DNA from: Ginglymostoma cirratum
Lineage: Eukaryota
Reading direction: 5' to 3'
DNA: 64,000 nt
Assembly (NCBI GenBank): GCA_024137785.1
Contig: JAHRHZ010000249.1
Span: 75,036,630-75,100,629 of the forward strand
A program made the position numbers and the translations under genes. The notes under the pieces are model-generated. The model was not told the origin of the DNA and made no database searches. It saw only the letters and a program-made list of their open reading frames with translations. Below, piece after piece: positions 14,036-27,714 of this stretch; the first letter of the stretch is position 1, and each line of letters opens with the position of its first letter.

Positions 14036-14598
14036 TTGTAATGAGTAACTCATCTCCCAAATCCGCAAAGACTTTCACCATCTACAAGGCACAAGTCAGG
14101 AGTGTGATGAAATACTCCCCACTTGCTTGGATAAATGCAGCTCCAAAAACACTCAAGAAATTTGGCACCATTCAAGACGAAGCAGCCTACTTGATTGGCA
14201 CCACATCCATTCTCTCCACCACAAACAATCAGTAGCAGTATTGTGCACTAGATGCAAAATACACTGCTAAAGTTCACCAAAGATCCTCAGACAGCAATTT
14301 CCAAACCCACAACCACTTCCATCTCAAAGGACAAGGCCAGCAGATACAAGGGCACACGACCACCTGCAAGTTCCCCTCCAAGCCACTTTCCATCCCAACT
14401 TGGAAATACATTGCCATTCATTCACTGTTGTTGGGTCAGAATCCTGAAATTCCCTCCCTAATGGCATTGTGGATCAACCCATAACTAGTACACTGTGACA
14501 GTTGAAGAAAACAGCTCACCAACACCTTCTCATGGTGACTAGGGTAATGTAAGTTGGCCAACCAGCAATGCCCATATCCCATGAATGAATAAAAAAAA
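14036..14598 (+). mobile_element. 3' end of an L2/CR1-group LINE (putative partner of SINE family B)
   Basis: TIYKAQVRSVMKYSPLAW..IQDEAA (RT C-terminal region); ends cccatatcccatgaatgaat-polyA like SINE B. Confidence 0.8.
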
Positions 14599-15143
14599 TT
14601 TTGTTAGAAGATGTAATGAGTTGCTTCCAACATTGAGATATGCCACATTTCTCACTATAGCCACATTGTTAGTCCACCATAATATTCTGCCTTTATTTAC
14701 TAATCCTGAGGACAAAAAAAAATGCACCAAATACAATGGTTTAGAAAGGAGTGTCTGTCTAATACAAATAGACAGAAAGTCAGACTGTCTCCATTATAGG
14801 CACACAGTTGACTCCACCCTACTTTCCTTTACGTGGTTTGTCCAGGCAATTATTTTATTACCAAATACAAAAGAGGAAAATCTGCCTGTTCGTACATCAA
14901 CTAATATAAATTTAGGCTCGGCCACTTTTCCTGTTGGTTTCCTTGATCATGTCATTGTCACCATTCAAACAAGAATATTCAAAAATTCAGCAAAATATAA
15001 ATAAGCTAAAATACATTAAACAAAATCATAGTTCTACACAATTACCAGAAAGCTAATCTGATGAAAATGCTTCTTTAAAACAAAAACAACCCTTTATAGA
15101 ACTAGCTCCCATATCTTGAGGCTTTATTAAAGTGATTCCTGTG

Positions 15144-15350
15144 ACAACAACAGCAATAAAAATATGCATTCATATGGCATTTTCAAAGAACATTATCAAA
15201 CAAAATTTGACACGGAATCACTTGAGAAAATAAGGCAAGTAACAAATCTTAGTCAAAGCGGCAGGTTTTGAAGAAGCATCATTGAGATAAGGAGAGGTGC
15301 AGAAAAGTGGAGAGTTTTAAGGAGGGAATTTCAGGTTTTAGGCAGCTGAA
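15144..15350 (-). mobile_element. Old L2 3' end remnant
   Basis: caacaacagcaat..tgcattcatatggc..ggagggaatttcag pattern typical of reversed L2 3' ends; degenerate. Confidence 0.5.
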
Positions 15351-17224
15351 AGCCAAAAGTGGCACCACAAAACTTAAATGCTAATCTTTAATAAGATTTT
15401 TTTATTATGTGGCTATTTTAACAATTTAACAACTATAATCAAAACCTCCCAAATATGTCATTCTTTTTGGTCACCACTGCAGTATTACTCATCATAACTG
15501 TCTTAAATGGCTGGAAATTTTTTTCATAACTATTGCACATTAAAAAAAACTCAAAATTAAAACAATAAAAGTGACTACTCCGTGAGTGTTTCACATAATT
15601 ACTGTGGAAAGGAAAACATGCAATTCATTTGCAATTGATTTACTCATCTCTGAGACATTCAAACATATATAATTTTGAGCAAAAGCATTAAAAAGTAACT
15701 GACACCATAAAAATTTAAATAGGTTAGATTATTGGAACAAATTAATATACAGGATTAGAAAAAACATTTATCTGGCTGGCAGAGATCATATCACACAATA
15801 TATATCATATGCTTGAATCATTTTATTTCTCCAGACACCTATTCAACTCCTTCTAAAATTTGTTTCTTTCTCACTGCCTTCACAACCAGTCCCTCCCATA
15901 CATTCACCGATCCCAATATAAAGTAAATTTAAGCTTCCTTTTCCCCCCTCCTATTCTGTTTTTTTTTGTCTCTTGCAGAATCTGAGCTTCTGATGTACAT
16001 AAAAGGGCAGATTTTTCTTGTCCCTCTGCCTAGGAAATGCTCAATTCTCAGGTGAAATAAAGAGGAAAAAGGATGGAGAACCCATAACATTGTCTCAGAA
16101 AATAACAAGTAAAATACAAAACTGGCTGCATATTTTGAAAATAAGCAAATGGTGATATCGTGCATGTGCTATAAAAAATTATAGTTATACATTGAATGTG
16201 CTCTAATTTTCAAAGTGTTTTCATTTGCTCATTTATTGGGTATGAATTTATCAAGAGACAAAATAATCTCAGGTCTCAACATTTGTGGATAAATTGTACA
16301 TTTGTTGTAATGTTTTAAATACAGAAATGGAATTTGAATTAAAGCATTAAATTCTGAATAGATCAATAATCACAAATGACAAAGACATTTTCAATATCAT
16401 CAAGATTACATTGGGAAAGTTTCGTATTAATTACTAAGAAGTATAAACACATGCTTAAAAGTTAAAAAAAAATTGAAAAAGTAAAAGAAACGAAGTGCAG
16501 ACCAGGACTGAAGACAGGATGCTTTGTGTAATGCTCCTGTATCCTGTCAGAGGAAGCTTGACCTTGTTTCCTTTAATGAGAACAGCCCATCACCAACATT
16601 GAACTTCATCCAGTTCACTTCAAGGGTAGTTATTTGATGCCCTTTTGTCGGTCAAGCATTTTTGTAATTTTAATTTTTTTTGCATGTTTGTGCAGCCATT
16701 CCTGTTTTACTTGGCAGCCCAGTTTCTCCTGTCCTGTAAATTGCTCTGGTTCATCAAGTAGATGAGGTGAATATTTCAGGTGATCGGAGGTCAGCTGGTG
16801 AATAAATATAGATTTTATTCTTATTAAAGATTATACAATAGAAGGACAATAACTATAAAAGGAAACGAATTGAAGTTTTTCCAAGATCTACAGTGTAAAG
16901 ATATTTGAATAATGAATTATTTGAAAATTATGAATGGTTAAACTTGGTGTTTTAAGGACTTCTTAAAAATTAGTGTTTCTTGAATTCATAACTCCACATG
17001 TAGAATTGTGTTATTCCTTCAGTTTTGCTCTGTTCTTCATTTCCTTGCCATGGTAGCTTCTGTTGTACTGTGATGTGTTGGGAGAGGGGACCCTACACAA
17101 TGTTCTTAAAACATTGTCAGTGGGCTATAAGCATTACTACAAAACTAGCATTTATTTCATTTCAAACTGTCCCAGAATTGAATTGCCTTTTTGATTGATT
17201 GCAGCTAACATTGTGTAGGTAAAC

Positions 17225-18240
17225 CCAATTTTATGAGGGAAAGAGTTGCAGGATTTTAACTCGGTGACAGGGAAAGAATAGAATATAATTCCAAGTTAGA
17301 ATGCTATGTGATTTTGAAGGAAATGCAGGTGATAGCATCTCCAAATGTCTGTTGCCATGGTCTCCTGAATGTTGAGGTTTCAGATTTTGGTAGGTCTATG
17401 AAGGCATGAGGCACCAGCTGGCTGACATGAATTGGGAAATACATTAAAAGGCATGACTTATTTTTATTCACTTGTGACATTACAGGTTTGCCAGCATTTT
17501 ATTATCCATCGCTGGTCACCCTTGAGAAGGTGATGGTGAGCTGGGTAGAGTCACACCTGGCACACAGGAAGATTGCTGTGGGTATTGGAGGTCAGTCATC
17601 TCAGTTCCAGGAAATCTCTGCAGGACATTCAGTGGTTTTAGCATCATTGAATCATCCACTCTCAACATCCTGGGGAGATACCATTGACCAGAAAATGAAC
17701 CGGACTTGCAAAAAAAGACCTGTTACTGCATTAAATGTCAAGAGGTTGTGATGAGATTGTCTCTTATTAAAGATGGTCATTGCCTGAAATTTTGTGGCAT
17801 GCACATTACTAACCATTTGTCAGCCCAAGCCTGGATATTATCCAGATCTTGCTGAATTTTAACATGAACTGCTTCAGTATCTTAGGATTCATGGGATCTG
17901 TATGCAATCATCAGCGAGCATTCCCATTTCTGACCTTATGATGGAGGATGAAACAGCGGAAGATGGTTGGGCCTAGGACACTACCCTTAGGAACTCCTGC
18001 AGAGATGCCCTCGAGCTGACTAGATTAACCTCCAACAACTACAACCATCTTCCTAAGTGCCATCTTTGACTCAAACCGGTAGAAATTTGTCCACTGACAC
18101 CCATTGATTCCAGTTTTGTTAGGAGTCCTTGATGCTACACTTGGTTGAGTGTGACCTTGATGTCAAGGGTTGTCACTCTCACCTCACCTCTGGAATTCAG
18201 CTCTTTTGTCCATGTTTGAACTAAAGCTGTAATGGAGCAA
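17225..18240 (-). mobile_element. L2/CR1-group LINE fragment with an internal inverted piece (same family as 14036-14598)
   Basis: ITALVQTWTKELNSRGEVRVTTLDIK (ORF 18135..18326) and reversed GVPKGSVLGPTIF at ~17960-17998; plus-strand piece WVESHLAHRKIAVGIGGQSS at ~17540-17625. Confidence 0.8.
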
Positions 18241-18822
18241 TGGATAGATTTTAAATAATTAGTGCTTGATTTACAACTAATATATTCTTCTTGAAGGAGC
18301 AAAAACATAAAAAAGTGATCAGTCATCTATGTCTATCAGGATTTTAGAAGACAAAGTGTTTGTACCGTAAGTTGCTGGCAAGTGCTGAAGGTGTGGTATG
18401 ATGTAGCTTGGTTGCATGCAGCAACATGTCCATCTTCTCAACTGTTGTGTATTCTGATCTGTGACAAGCTGCCTACCTCCCTCTCTGCTTTAAAGGATAA
18501 TGTAGGCAAGACAGCCTGAGAGCCTTCAAAGCAGTGCAAAGTGCTTGAGCACTTAGAAAGTAATCCAAGAGGTATACAACATATTATTTGTAGATATGTG
18601 TACTATATGTAATAGTGTGGGTGTTCCTGTGCTCAAGGTGACCTGGCAGTAGAAGCTGAGATGGTATGTGAGTTGGTCTGAAAGTAGCCATGATGATGTG
18701 GTGGGGTTGGTGATTTGATGTGTGGATGAAGCGTGGGAGCAAACAGTGTCTATGGAGCAGATAAAGAGACATGTAGGTGCCAATGGTGGAGTTGGATGAA
18801 GCTGGAGCTGTGCCATCTCCCA

Positions 18823-19365
18823 GTTGGCTTCTCCCATGTTCAAGGCACCATAGAGTGAACACATATTGCATTGGGAAGGCTATACCATAGTGTGATTAAA
18901 TTTATCAAGAGAAAAGGCTTCCATTTCATCAGCATATAATTCACCTGTGATCAGATTTAGAAATCTGCACCAGGTATCATGGGAGATCCATGATGCCTAT
19001 ATCCTTGAGAGCTCCATTCCTGCTTTACTTGAAGGGCAAGATGCCTTGCAAGGATTGTTACTTGGAGATAAGGACTACTCTTGATAACAATGGCTCATGA
19101 CTTTGTTACTCAACCCCATGACTGAGACCAGGTGTAGTTATAATGTAGCCTATTCTTCCACCAGGCCAGTTGTGGAGCAAACTATTGGCCTCTGGGAGAT
19201 GTGGTTCTGAATCTGAGGGGTCCTTGCAGTGCAGGCCTAAGTAAGCTGCATAATCATTGCATGTGCAACTAGAGTAAGCACCAAGGGGGTGTAGTGGACA
19301 CACTGGACGATTAGCAGCAGTCTTCAGAGGAGGATGATGAGGCCATCAAGGAGGAGGAATAGCAC
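18823..19365 (+). pseudogene. Harbinger/PIF (HARBI1-like) DDE transposase fossil
   Basis: Manual translation across stops and frameshifts: GFSHVQGTIE*THIAL..FIKRKGFHFISI*FTCD..HDAYILESS..LLLGDKDYS**QWLMTLLLNP..YNVAYSSTRPVVEQTIGLWEMWF, then an acidic tail. Matches the GAIDCTH / NRKGFHS / HDA / LLGDKGY / VEQTIG motifs. Confidence 0.9.
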
Positions 19366-20151
19366 CCTCATTATGACAGAGTGGTGCACATAACAGGCAT
19401 AACAAGGGACACCCCTTCCAAAAAGATGTGAATTGAGTAAAACAATGATTCATTGACTATAAATTTATTGTTGCTCAAAAGGTAAGCTATCCCTTTTATT
19501 CCCAGAAACAAATGAAAGTTTTTTTTTTGTTTTTCCTGTTGTTCTCTAAAAGTGAGTATTTTCAGCTGTTTAAAGACTTTCCACCATGTCATGTTCTCAC
19601 ATTGAACAATGGCATGATGTTATGCTGGGCTCAGAGTTAGGGAAAGCGTAGACAGGATTCTAGCATGGTTTGTCATTGAGGTTGGGTAACCTCTGTAGTT
19701 TCAATCTTATAGAGAAAACAGCAGTTTGATCAGACAGACGATGAGGTAAGGTAGCAATACATTTACAAATCTGAGCTTCTATTACCACTGAAGAATCATC
19801 TGTCTTACATATGTGCCCTCAGAAACTGTTCCTTTTCATTTGCCTCCCATATGTGCTCTGTGGAGGGCTATTGATGGTGACCTAGTGCACAGCTGATGGA
19901 AACCTGGAATGTCTCAGAAACAGCAAGTACTTCTGCTGCTGATAGGATCACGATAGCACAAGGGCAGTGCCATAGAGCATGATGTGTACACAGTCAGGTG
20001 AGCAGCGGAGATATCATTCCAGAGCTCACAGAGGATCCCTCCATGAAATTCCTTGAAATTAACACTTAGCTGCTTCTCAGTAAACCCCATCCCTGCGTAT
20101 ACATTCCAGGTTTGCAAACTTTCATCAGAATATGATGGTTTATATTATTGA

Positions 20152-20358
20152 GTCTACGTGTGTGAGGGTGGAAAAGCACATCAGGTCAGGCAGCATCCGA
20201 GGAGCAGGAAAGTTAACATTTTCGGCCAAAACCCTTCCTTAGTCCAGACTGAAACATTGACTTTCTGGGTCCTCAGACGTTGTCTGACCTGCTGTGCTTT
20301 TCCAGCCTCAAACCTATAGACTCTGTGTCCCAGCATCTGCAGTCCTTATTGTCGCCAA
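20152..20358. mobile_element. Short fold-back PLE-terminus element with perfect 15-bp TSD
   Basis: Inverted arms tggaaaagcacatcaggtcaggcagcatccgagga / tcctcagacgttgtctgacctgctgtgcttttcca; ggtttatattattga at 20137-20151 and 20359-20373. Confidence 0.85.
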
Positions 20359-23082
20359 GGTTTATATTATTGATACGGGCAGTGCATGTTTTACATTATT
20401 ATGCCAACCAAGCATAATATTGCTGGTTTGGGCATATGGGCAGGAGTGGCAAGGCTGATTTTATTGCCAAGGATGGAAGGAAGAAGTGTACACTTCAGTC
20501 GGGTGTAGTGGTGGGGTATTCTCCGTGTGCATTGGGGGCATACAACTCAAGATTTCAACCACCAGCCCCTCCCACCCCACTTCCTTCTGTGCCATCTACC
20601 CTTCTCTTCTTCTCTCTCTGTGCTCTTAGATCCTAACCTAAAACATGGGACTTAGCTTGCTAGGCAGCCATGATCTACTTCATGCTCCTTCTTACATTCC
20701 CTGCACTGCCCACCGCTGCGCTCTGGCACTGCCGGTATTGGTGGAACTTCCAGCTAGTCTTATTGGCCAACAAGCCTTGAGAGAGGGGATTAGTCTGATT
20801 TAACAGTGAAAGTCCTTCTTACAGCCACTTTAGCCTTGCCTCATATTTGCTGCAGGATGGGCTCTCTCCAAATGTGTCAGCTTCTAGTTGATTTTTCTTC
20901 CAGGGGAATAAGTAATCTGCTTTCTCTAAACACAGCCTTATGTATTTAAGGGACAATAGCCCAGTTGTACCTTGGTGGAGTTGGGAGCAATTAGCAGTGA
21001 AAGAAATTATATCAGAAGCATTGATTTTCCTTTTTGCAAGTTTTCTGGTCAGCACATTTACCTGATTATCATATATTTGCCATACAGCTTTGACTTTATT
21101 ATTCACCAGAGCAGAATTCCATTTGGCTACAGGGTAATCAATACCAAAACCTTACATACTGGTGATTGTGGATTTAACAAGAACTCTCAAAGATTCTCTC
21201 AATGTGACTTATTAATTACCTGGAAATTTAAGTTGCTGCACTTATTTAAAGGTAAACAGCCAGGCAAGTGAGGTAGACATTTTTGAATTCTTTCGAAAGG
21301 ATAAAATGGATTTGATTTCAGAAATCTGAAAGAAGGGTTGGTTGAAGGGGAAGTGAGATGGGAGATGTACCAGGTAGGAATGAAGTGAAGGGAAGCAAAC
21401 TGTGGAAATAGGAAATAAAGTTTATAGGCAAACAATGTGACATTTGATACAGTAACCTCTGCACCATCACCACTGCTGTTCCATGCCTGAACATACTGAA
21501 AAATAAGACAATTGCTGGAGAACTGTCCTGTCTCATGCTCCAGGGAACACCATCACAAGCAGTCTTACAATTAAACTAGGATCATATAAATGTTGATACA
21601 CCAGCTGATTTGGATACTTTGGCTGTCTTGCTAGTTGCCATATTGAAATGGTTTCTAATATAATGGAGCCAAAGATCTGCTGCCATTTCCACATTCTGCT
21701 GTTCTGCTGAAATGGCTGTTATTTATGCCAGGATCTGTTGAATATCTGGACTGCTATTGGAATTTCTCAGGAGCAAAGATTCCCAGCAGAGATACTTTAA
21801 TCTCAATGTTCTGAGAAAATTGCTGCAAGCTTTCAATTTACGTAACACTGAGCAGTTATATTCTACACCTGTAATTTTCTTCCAAATAGAATAGCAGTCT
21901 TTGCAGCTAGAAACCAACTTGAACAATCATGCAAAACTGGCAATAACAAATCATCAGCTAATTTAATACCTCTCCCAAACTCCTTAATTGAAATAGGTGC
22001 AAACCCATGTTACACTATTTGCAAAGAGTATTTTCAACCCATTGTGTTTTATACAGTGTATATATGTCTATTCTTATCACCTGCAGTATAAGTGTACATA
22101 CAGTTGTTTGAAGAAATTAATCAATGTAGCATTATCTGCTTTCCTGACTTTTCACTCATGCACTACTGTGTGGAAAAAGATCTAATCTCTATTTTTGTTA
22201 GTGTGCTGCTTATCTTGCCTTCATGCTCCCAAGGTCTTTAATCACAGCTGAAAGTTAAATTGCCTACTTATATCTTTAATATACATGCTTTCCATCATTT
22301 TAAAGACCTTAATCATGTCGCTGTTCTAATCTCAATTCTCTGAATCTCTTCAAAACATGAGGCACTGGAATCTGCTCCATGTGTCTCCACAAACTTTCCT
22401 CACTATTTTAAAGTCCTTTTGAGTATACAATATTACACCTGATATTCCAAATGTGAGATTCTGTGCTAATTCACTAATTATGTTACATCCACATGGATAT
22501 GTATCTAAGAAGTAGCCTGAGACTACATTATACATTCAAGGTAGTGAGAAAGAAAGAAATGAAAACAAGAAAGGACAAGGTTTTATCTCTATCCAGTATT
22601 CAGCATTGGGCGGTGGAGATTGTTTGTCTAAACACATTATTTTATATTATATTCAATTTTTTTCCAGAAGTTTTGGCTAAGCAACTAACTCTAAGGGTAA
22701 ACAGAACTGTTTGAATGCAATTGCTCATTAGAGAGTAAGGCAGATGCATTACCATTGGAAGTTATATTCACACAGACACCAACACTCCCTGCTTTAATGA
22801 TTGTACCTTCATAAGACCTAGCTAACTTATCAAACCAACATTTCCTATTACTTCAGTGACACTAAATGCTGTAGAAGAAAGAATGTGAACTGGTATCGAA
22901 TCTTTCACTTCAGTATGTCTGAGAGTGAAATAAGTTAGGTAATGAAATATTTTTCGAAGTGAAGTTACTGTTGTAATATACATATAGAATACAGAACAGT
23001 ACAGCACAGTAACGTAAGAAGAACACAGCTAATTTGCAAGTAACATGATCCAACATACAACAAATGAAATGTGTTAGCTAGT

Positions 23083-23310
23083 CAGGAGATAAATACTGAC
23101 AAGGACCCAAGGGAGAACATCTTTATATGATGCCATATGATATTTTTCAACAGATAGGAGCATGGTATAAAGCTTCAGTTGGTAACACACCCAATAATGT
23201 GTCATCCTTAGTGCAATATTGTTGAAATTTTGCGCTCAAGAGCTTGGAGCAGGACCTGAACCCACAATCTTCTGATTAAAGGTTAAATGTGAACAGAGGT
23301 TGAGCCCATA
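23083..23310 (-). mobile_element. Degenerate Deu-type (SacSINE1/AmnSINE1-like) SINE
   Basis: Reversed head gggttcaggtcctgctccaagctcttgagcgcaaaat and central gttctcccttgggtccttgtcagtatttatctcc resemble Deu-domain SINEs. Confidence 0.55.
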
Positions 23311-23599
23311 ATTTCAATGTAGTTTTTATTGTTATTTCTAAGTGAAGAATGTGTATGGTGCTCTAGAAGTTACCATAAACAAATTAACTGAAATTTTGCC
23401 AGCTTTACCTGAGCACAGTTTATATTCTAACTGTTTGTATCTTTCATCTTAAGCGACAAAAGTGATGGAGAGTTTCTGACGTCCGTAACCAAACTGCAAA
23501 AGTGAAACCCAAATATAAGTAGTAAGCAATGCACAGTCACAATCTGCTCAATTCACCAAATGAGAATCTGCGACAGTCTCAGCTGTGTCATTACAGTTA

Positions 23600-23645
23600 A
23601 GTGTCTTGGGATATTTTGCAGTGTCTTGGGATATTTTGCAGTGTC
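23600..23645. repeat. 20-bp tandem duplication inside a SINE-tail remnant
   Basis: agtgtcttgggatattttgc x2 plus agtgtc, exact. Confidence 0.95.
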
Positions 23646-23974
23646 AAAGGTGGTCTATAAACATAAGTTGCACTTTTGTTGGGATTGATTCCATACACAG
23701 ATGGTCTGGAAAAAAATATTTTTAGTTAGGAAAATTTAGATACAACTCTAATTAATTCTAGACTGACAAATGCAAACTAAAATATTTTTCAAGAAATATT
23801 TCAAAAAATGCAAGGGACAAAAATTACAATAGTGTATCAACTATCAAATGATGTGGATTTTAAAATATATGAAATACCTAATTTATGGACAATGAGATTA
23901 TCTACTTCTCATATTTTGGAAATTTTTTGTTATTTGTCACAGTTCAATTCATGGAAGTTAAGTTCAATTAAGAT

Positions 23975-24212
23975 GTAGTGATTATACTTGAGTAGCTATA
24001 CAGAACCCTAGGCTTACATTCTGGAACATGTGATCTAATTCTACCATGGCCAGTGGTAAAATTTGAATCGAACATAATGGCAACAATTTAACCGCTGTCA
24101 ATTGCTGCAAAGACAAAGTAGTTAGTTCGTTAATGTCCTACATGGTAGGAAATCTGCCATCCTTACCTATGTGACTCCAGACTCACCAGCAACACCCATA
24201 TCACTTCAAAAA
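23975..24212 (+). mobile_element. Degenerate SINE family B
   Basis: ccatggccagtggtaaaatttgaat..taatgtcc..ggaaatctgccatccttacctatgtgactccagactcaccagcaa. Confidence 0.7.
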
Positions 24213-27019
24213 AAATTTTAAAAAGTTCTGTTTTCTTAAATGCAGTAACAAATTTTGAAAAGTATGCATCATGTACCACGAACAATTCCTGCAGAGGGAG
24301 TACAAAATAAACAACTGAATCCAGACAGAGTGCACAATTGTAATGTGTTGTACAGACAACATAGCACATCAGCACAGTCACTGTGCCTGCGGCTAGATTT
24401 GAGAAATGTACTTGGAGGAAGCAGTTAATCAGGTAAATTGCAAGAGCCAAGGAAATCTGATAGCTATAATGTTTCTTGTGTGCCTCCTGGCTAAATGACA
24501 CAAGTAATTTCATAACCAGCAGTCACCTTTGGGAGAATGTCTCACCACTTTATCACTGTGTTTCTTATTCAAGGTTGCTTGCTCTATGGATGCAAAATTC
24601 ATACAAAGCAACAGAACATACTTGGTCTGTAATTATGATTAAACTTTACCAAGAGAACTGAAAACACAACTCACCATTTATTCAAATAGAATTGGAAGAG
24701 GCTGGGATATGCGGAAGAATCTGATTGTAAAAGTTAATTTTTTTGGTTTTGAATGTGTAAAGGTCTTGAAAAATTACAGTTTTGCAAAAAAAATGTTTAT
24801 CACACTCTTAAGAACTACATTTCATTAAATCTGCATGAAATTATTTGACATCAGTTGCCTGATGTGGAAAGAAACCGATTTATGTAGCTGGGGAGATACA
24901 GGAATGTTTTGTACAATTTAGCACATACATTTCAAACTGTTTTGGATAATGTATGCATTGTATGGTGGAACACTGAATACTAGATGCATGTCTACAACAC
25001 ATAACAATATTCATACACCTAACGAGACAAATGTAATGTATAATAGGAGATGCATTGATAGACAAAGTACATAGCCATGACAATGTAGTTTACTGAGATG
25101 GAGAGTAGGGATAGATTGGTACTAACATTGGGATTAACAATAATTCAACATTTGGCTTAATAGTATATGGAAGTTATTCAGTTTGCCAGGAATTAAAGGT
25201 GACAATGAGACTGATCTGACACAATATGAAATGCATTATTCTTGTATGTACACCATCTCAATACTGCAGGTTGCTCAACTGGCAAGGAAGAAGAAAGATT
25301 CAGCATCAAGGTGAATGCTGTTTTTGACTCTAGACTGGACAGTACCATCTATACCCAAGTAGTTGTCAACTTTGAGTAAAAATTGACCTGAACTTTGGTA
25401 AAAGATTCCATAATTTTTCATATTTTGTGCTTATCTCAATAACTAACTTTTGGTCAAAAAGATCCAAACACTTCCTGCTTGACACCTGTTCACCACTGAA
25501 GTTGAACACACCTTAGTGCAAACCAATTGATTTATACGCGGCTATTCAGTTCCCTTTTCCTACTCAGAATAAATATTTCTTCCTACCTTTTTTGCCGGGT
25601 TTGGGGGACAGGGCTGGCAGAATGATTTGTAATCAGCTGATGTACCATCATAAACAATTCGGTAGTGAGATGAGGGAGAGAGTGGAATTCAAGCCCTCAG
25701 AGATACCACTCATGTATAATTTGATTCCTATATTTTTACTGAAAGGTTAGTCTCAGAACCTCCACTTTTACATGAGTAAATGTAATATTTATTTAGCAAG
25801 CTTAATTTAATAGCCTTGGACAATTCAACAATCTATTGCTGGCTGCTATATACGCTGAAAATTTCAGTTGAAATAGCTTTGTTCGAAGGACACACTTCAT
25901 TCAACTCATGAACAATTGGTAGAAATATACATTTATAGACAAGTCAACTTGATCACCTCCTGGGTAGATCATTATTGTTTCTCTTGCACGGTCACCTCCA
26001 ATTAAATTGAATTCACCCAAATGCTCCAACTTCTACTTCCTTCTCCATAGCTTCAATGACCTTTGCACTGACATCTAGCTACTAATTGATAGATCATCCC
26101 AACATGGACACATCCCATTCCTTGAGAGGTCAATCGTCTAATGGTTTAGACTTCCATAAACAACAACAGGAAACAAAACAGCTAAAATGCTCCTGTTCCT
26201 TGACATATCACAAATAAGTCAACATAAAAACAGAGATGACTTTAATTTAAACTTTCCAGTGCGGAGAGCCTGCTGACTGTACATGTCCTAATTTATGAAT
26301 AGTCGTACAATGACTGGCACGATATTGCTGCCGTTCGCTTGTTTTTTTTAATTTTGTTCCAAGTGTCGGGGGACTGCATTTTTGACACTGGGGAAGTATA
26401 TCACTTTCCATGAGGATTATAATAAAGAGGGTTTCATTTATATAATGGATAACATTGTTTGTGCTTTTAAAACTTAGCTTTAAAATTGGGATCATATTTA
26501 ATTGTTTTTTGTTTGTTATTTTTTAATCTGTTGTGAACTTGTCATACGATGGCATTCTTTAAAGCAGTTTGACAAGTGTTCAGCCAAACACAGTGTTGAA
26601 TTCGTCAGACATTTGATTGAATAAACTTGAACAAAATTAGCACTTTGTCAACAAACAGATTGCATTCTTTTCTTTTTTAAAGCATATGAAGTGTTAAGAA
26701 AGTTCACTATATTTTATATTTTGAGAACCTATATTTTAAAGTGGAGAAAAAAATTGATTTTTTTTAATTCTGAGAAAATCGGACTTTTTTTAAGATCAGA
26801 AAGTCATTTTGAATAGCATTTACATGAAGTCATGTGGTTTCAGCAAAACGACCAGCAAACTACCTGGTGAGATAATTTACTGACTTGTGTTTTGCAAACC
26901 AGAACGCATGAAATTGGCCAGAAGCAGCTTCATTTGGAGAGATAGTGTCCTTAACAGCAGAGCTGTTGTTATTTTGGCTCTCCCAGCAAAAGAAGAGCAA
27001 CTTTAGGTCAGATTTGGTT

Positions 27020-27328
27020 AGAGACAAAGAAACTGCAGATGCTGGAATCCAAGGTAGACAAACAGGATGCTGGAAGAACACAGCAAGCGTGGTAGCATCT
27101 GGAGGAAAGGAGAAGTCAATGTTTCAGGTATTTCCCTTCTTCAGGTTTGGATGTGGGAGTAGGGGGAGCTGCAGGTAAAGAGGACGTTGTGGGGGGTAGC
27201 AGAATGGTTGTGATAGGTGGGCACTGATAGTAAATACGACCTGGTTGGTTGACGGGAGGGATGAATCCAGTTGGTGGCTGAAAGGGAGTGTCAGAAAGTG
27301 GAATGGAAGGGAGGAAGTGGGCCTGGAT
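27020..27328 (-). mobile_element. PLE 3' terminal fragment with degenerate hammerhead motif
   Basis: actgcagatgctgga..; reverse strand ctgaagaagggaaatacctgaaacatt at ~27118-27144. Confidence 0.7.
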
Positions 27329-27714
27329 GTAATGTTATTACCATGGTGAGCTTGCAACACAAGGCATTGCTCCAGAAGTGAAATCCAGGGCCATGGAAAT
27401 AATTTAAAAACACATCTAGCCTGTGTTGCTGTTCAGTTAGATTCTATCCAACCTATATCTTAATTGTACCACACACTGTGGGCCCTTAATTATCTTATCT
27501 AAGTAAAATCTGTCAGTCTCAGATTTTAAATTATTAATTAATTAGCATCTATTAACTATTGTTAGAGACATTACAACACTTTCTTTTGCATGAAACAATG
27601 TTCTCTCCAAAATAACCAAATGATGTCTTGCATGATAAGTTCTCCCATCATTGGAAAGGAACATCTTTCATCTGCCTCATTAGTCCCTTTCAAAACCCCC
27701 AATTCATCTATAAA

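Noticed and set aside
16513-16548. GACAGGAT/ATCCTGTC hairpin as a possible miRNA
   Set aside because: An 8-bp stem is too short for a pre-miRNA and I recognise no mature sequence
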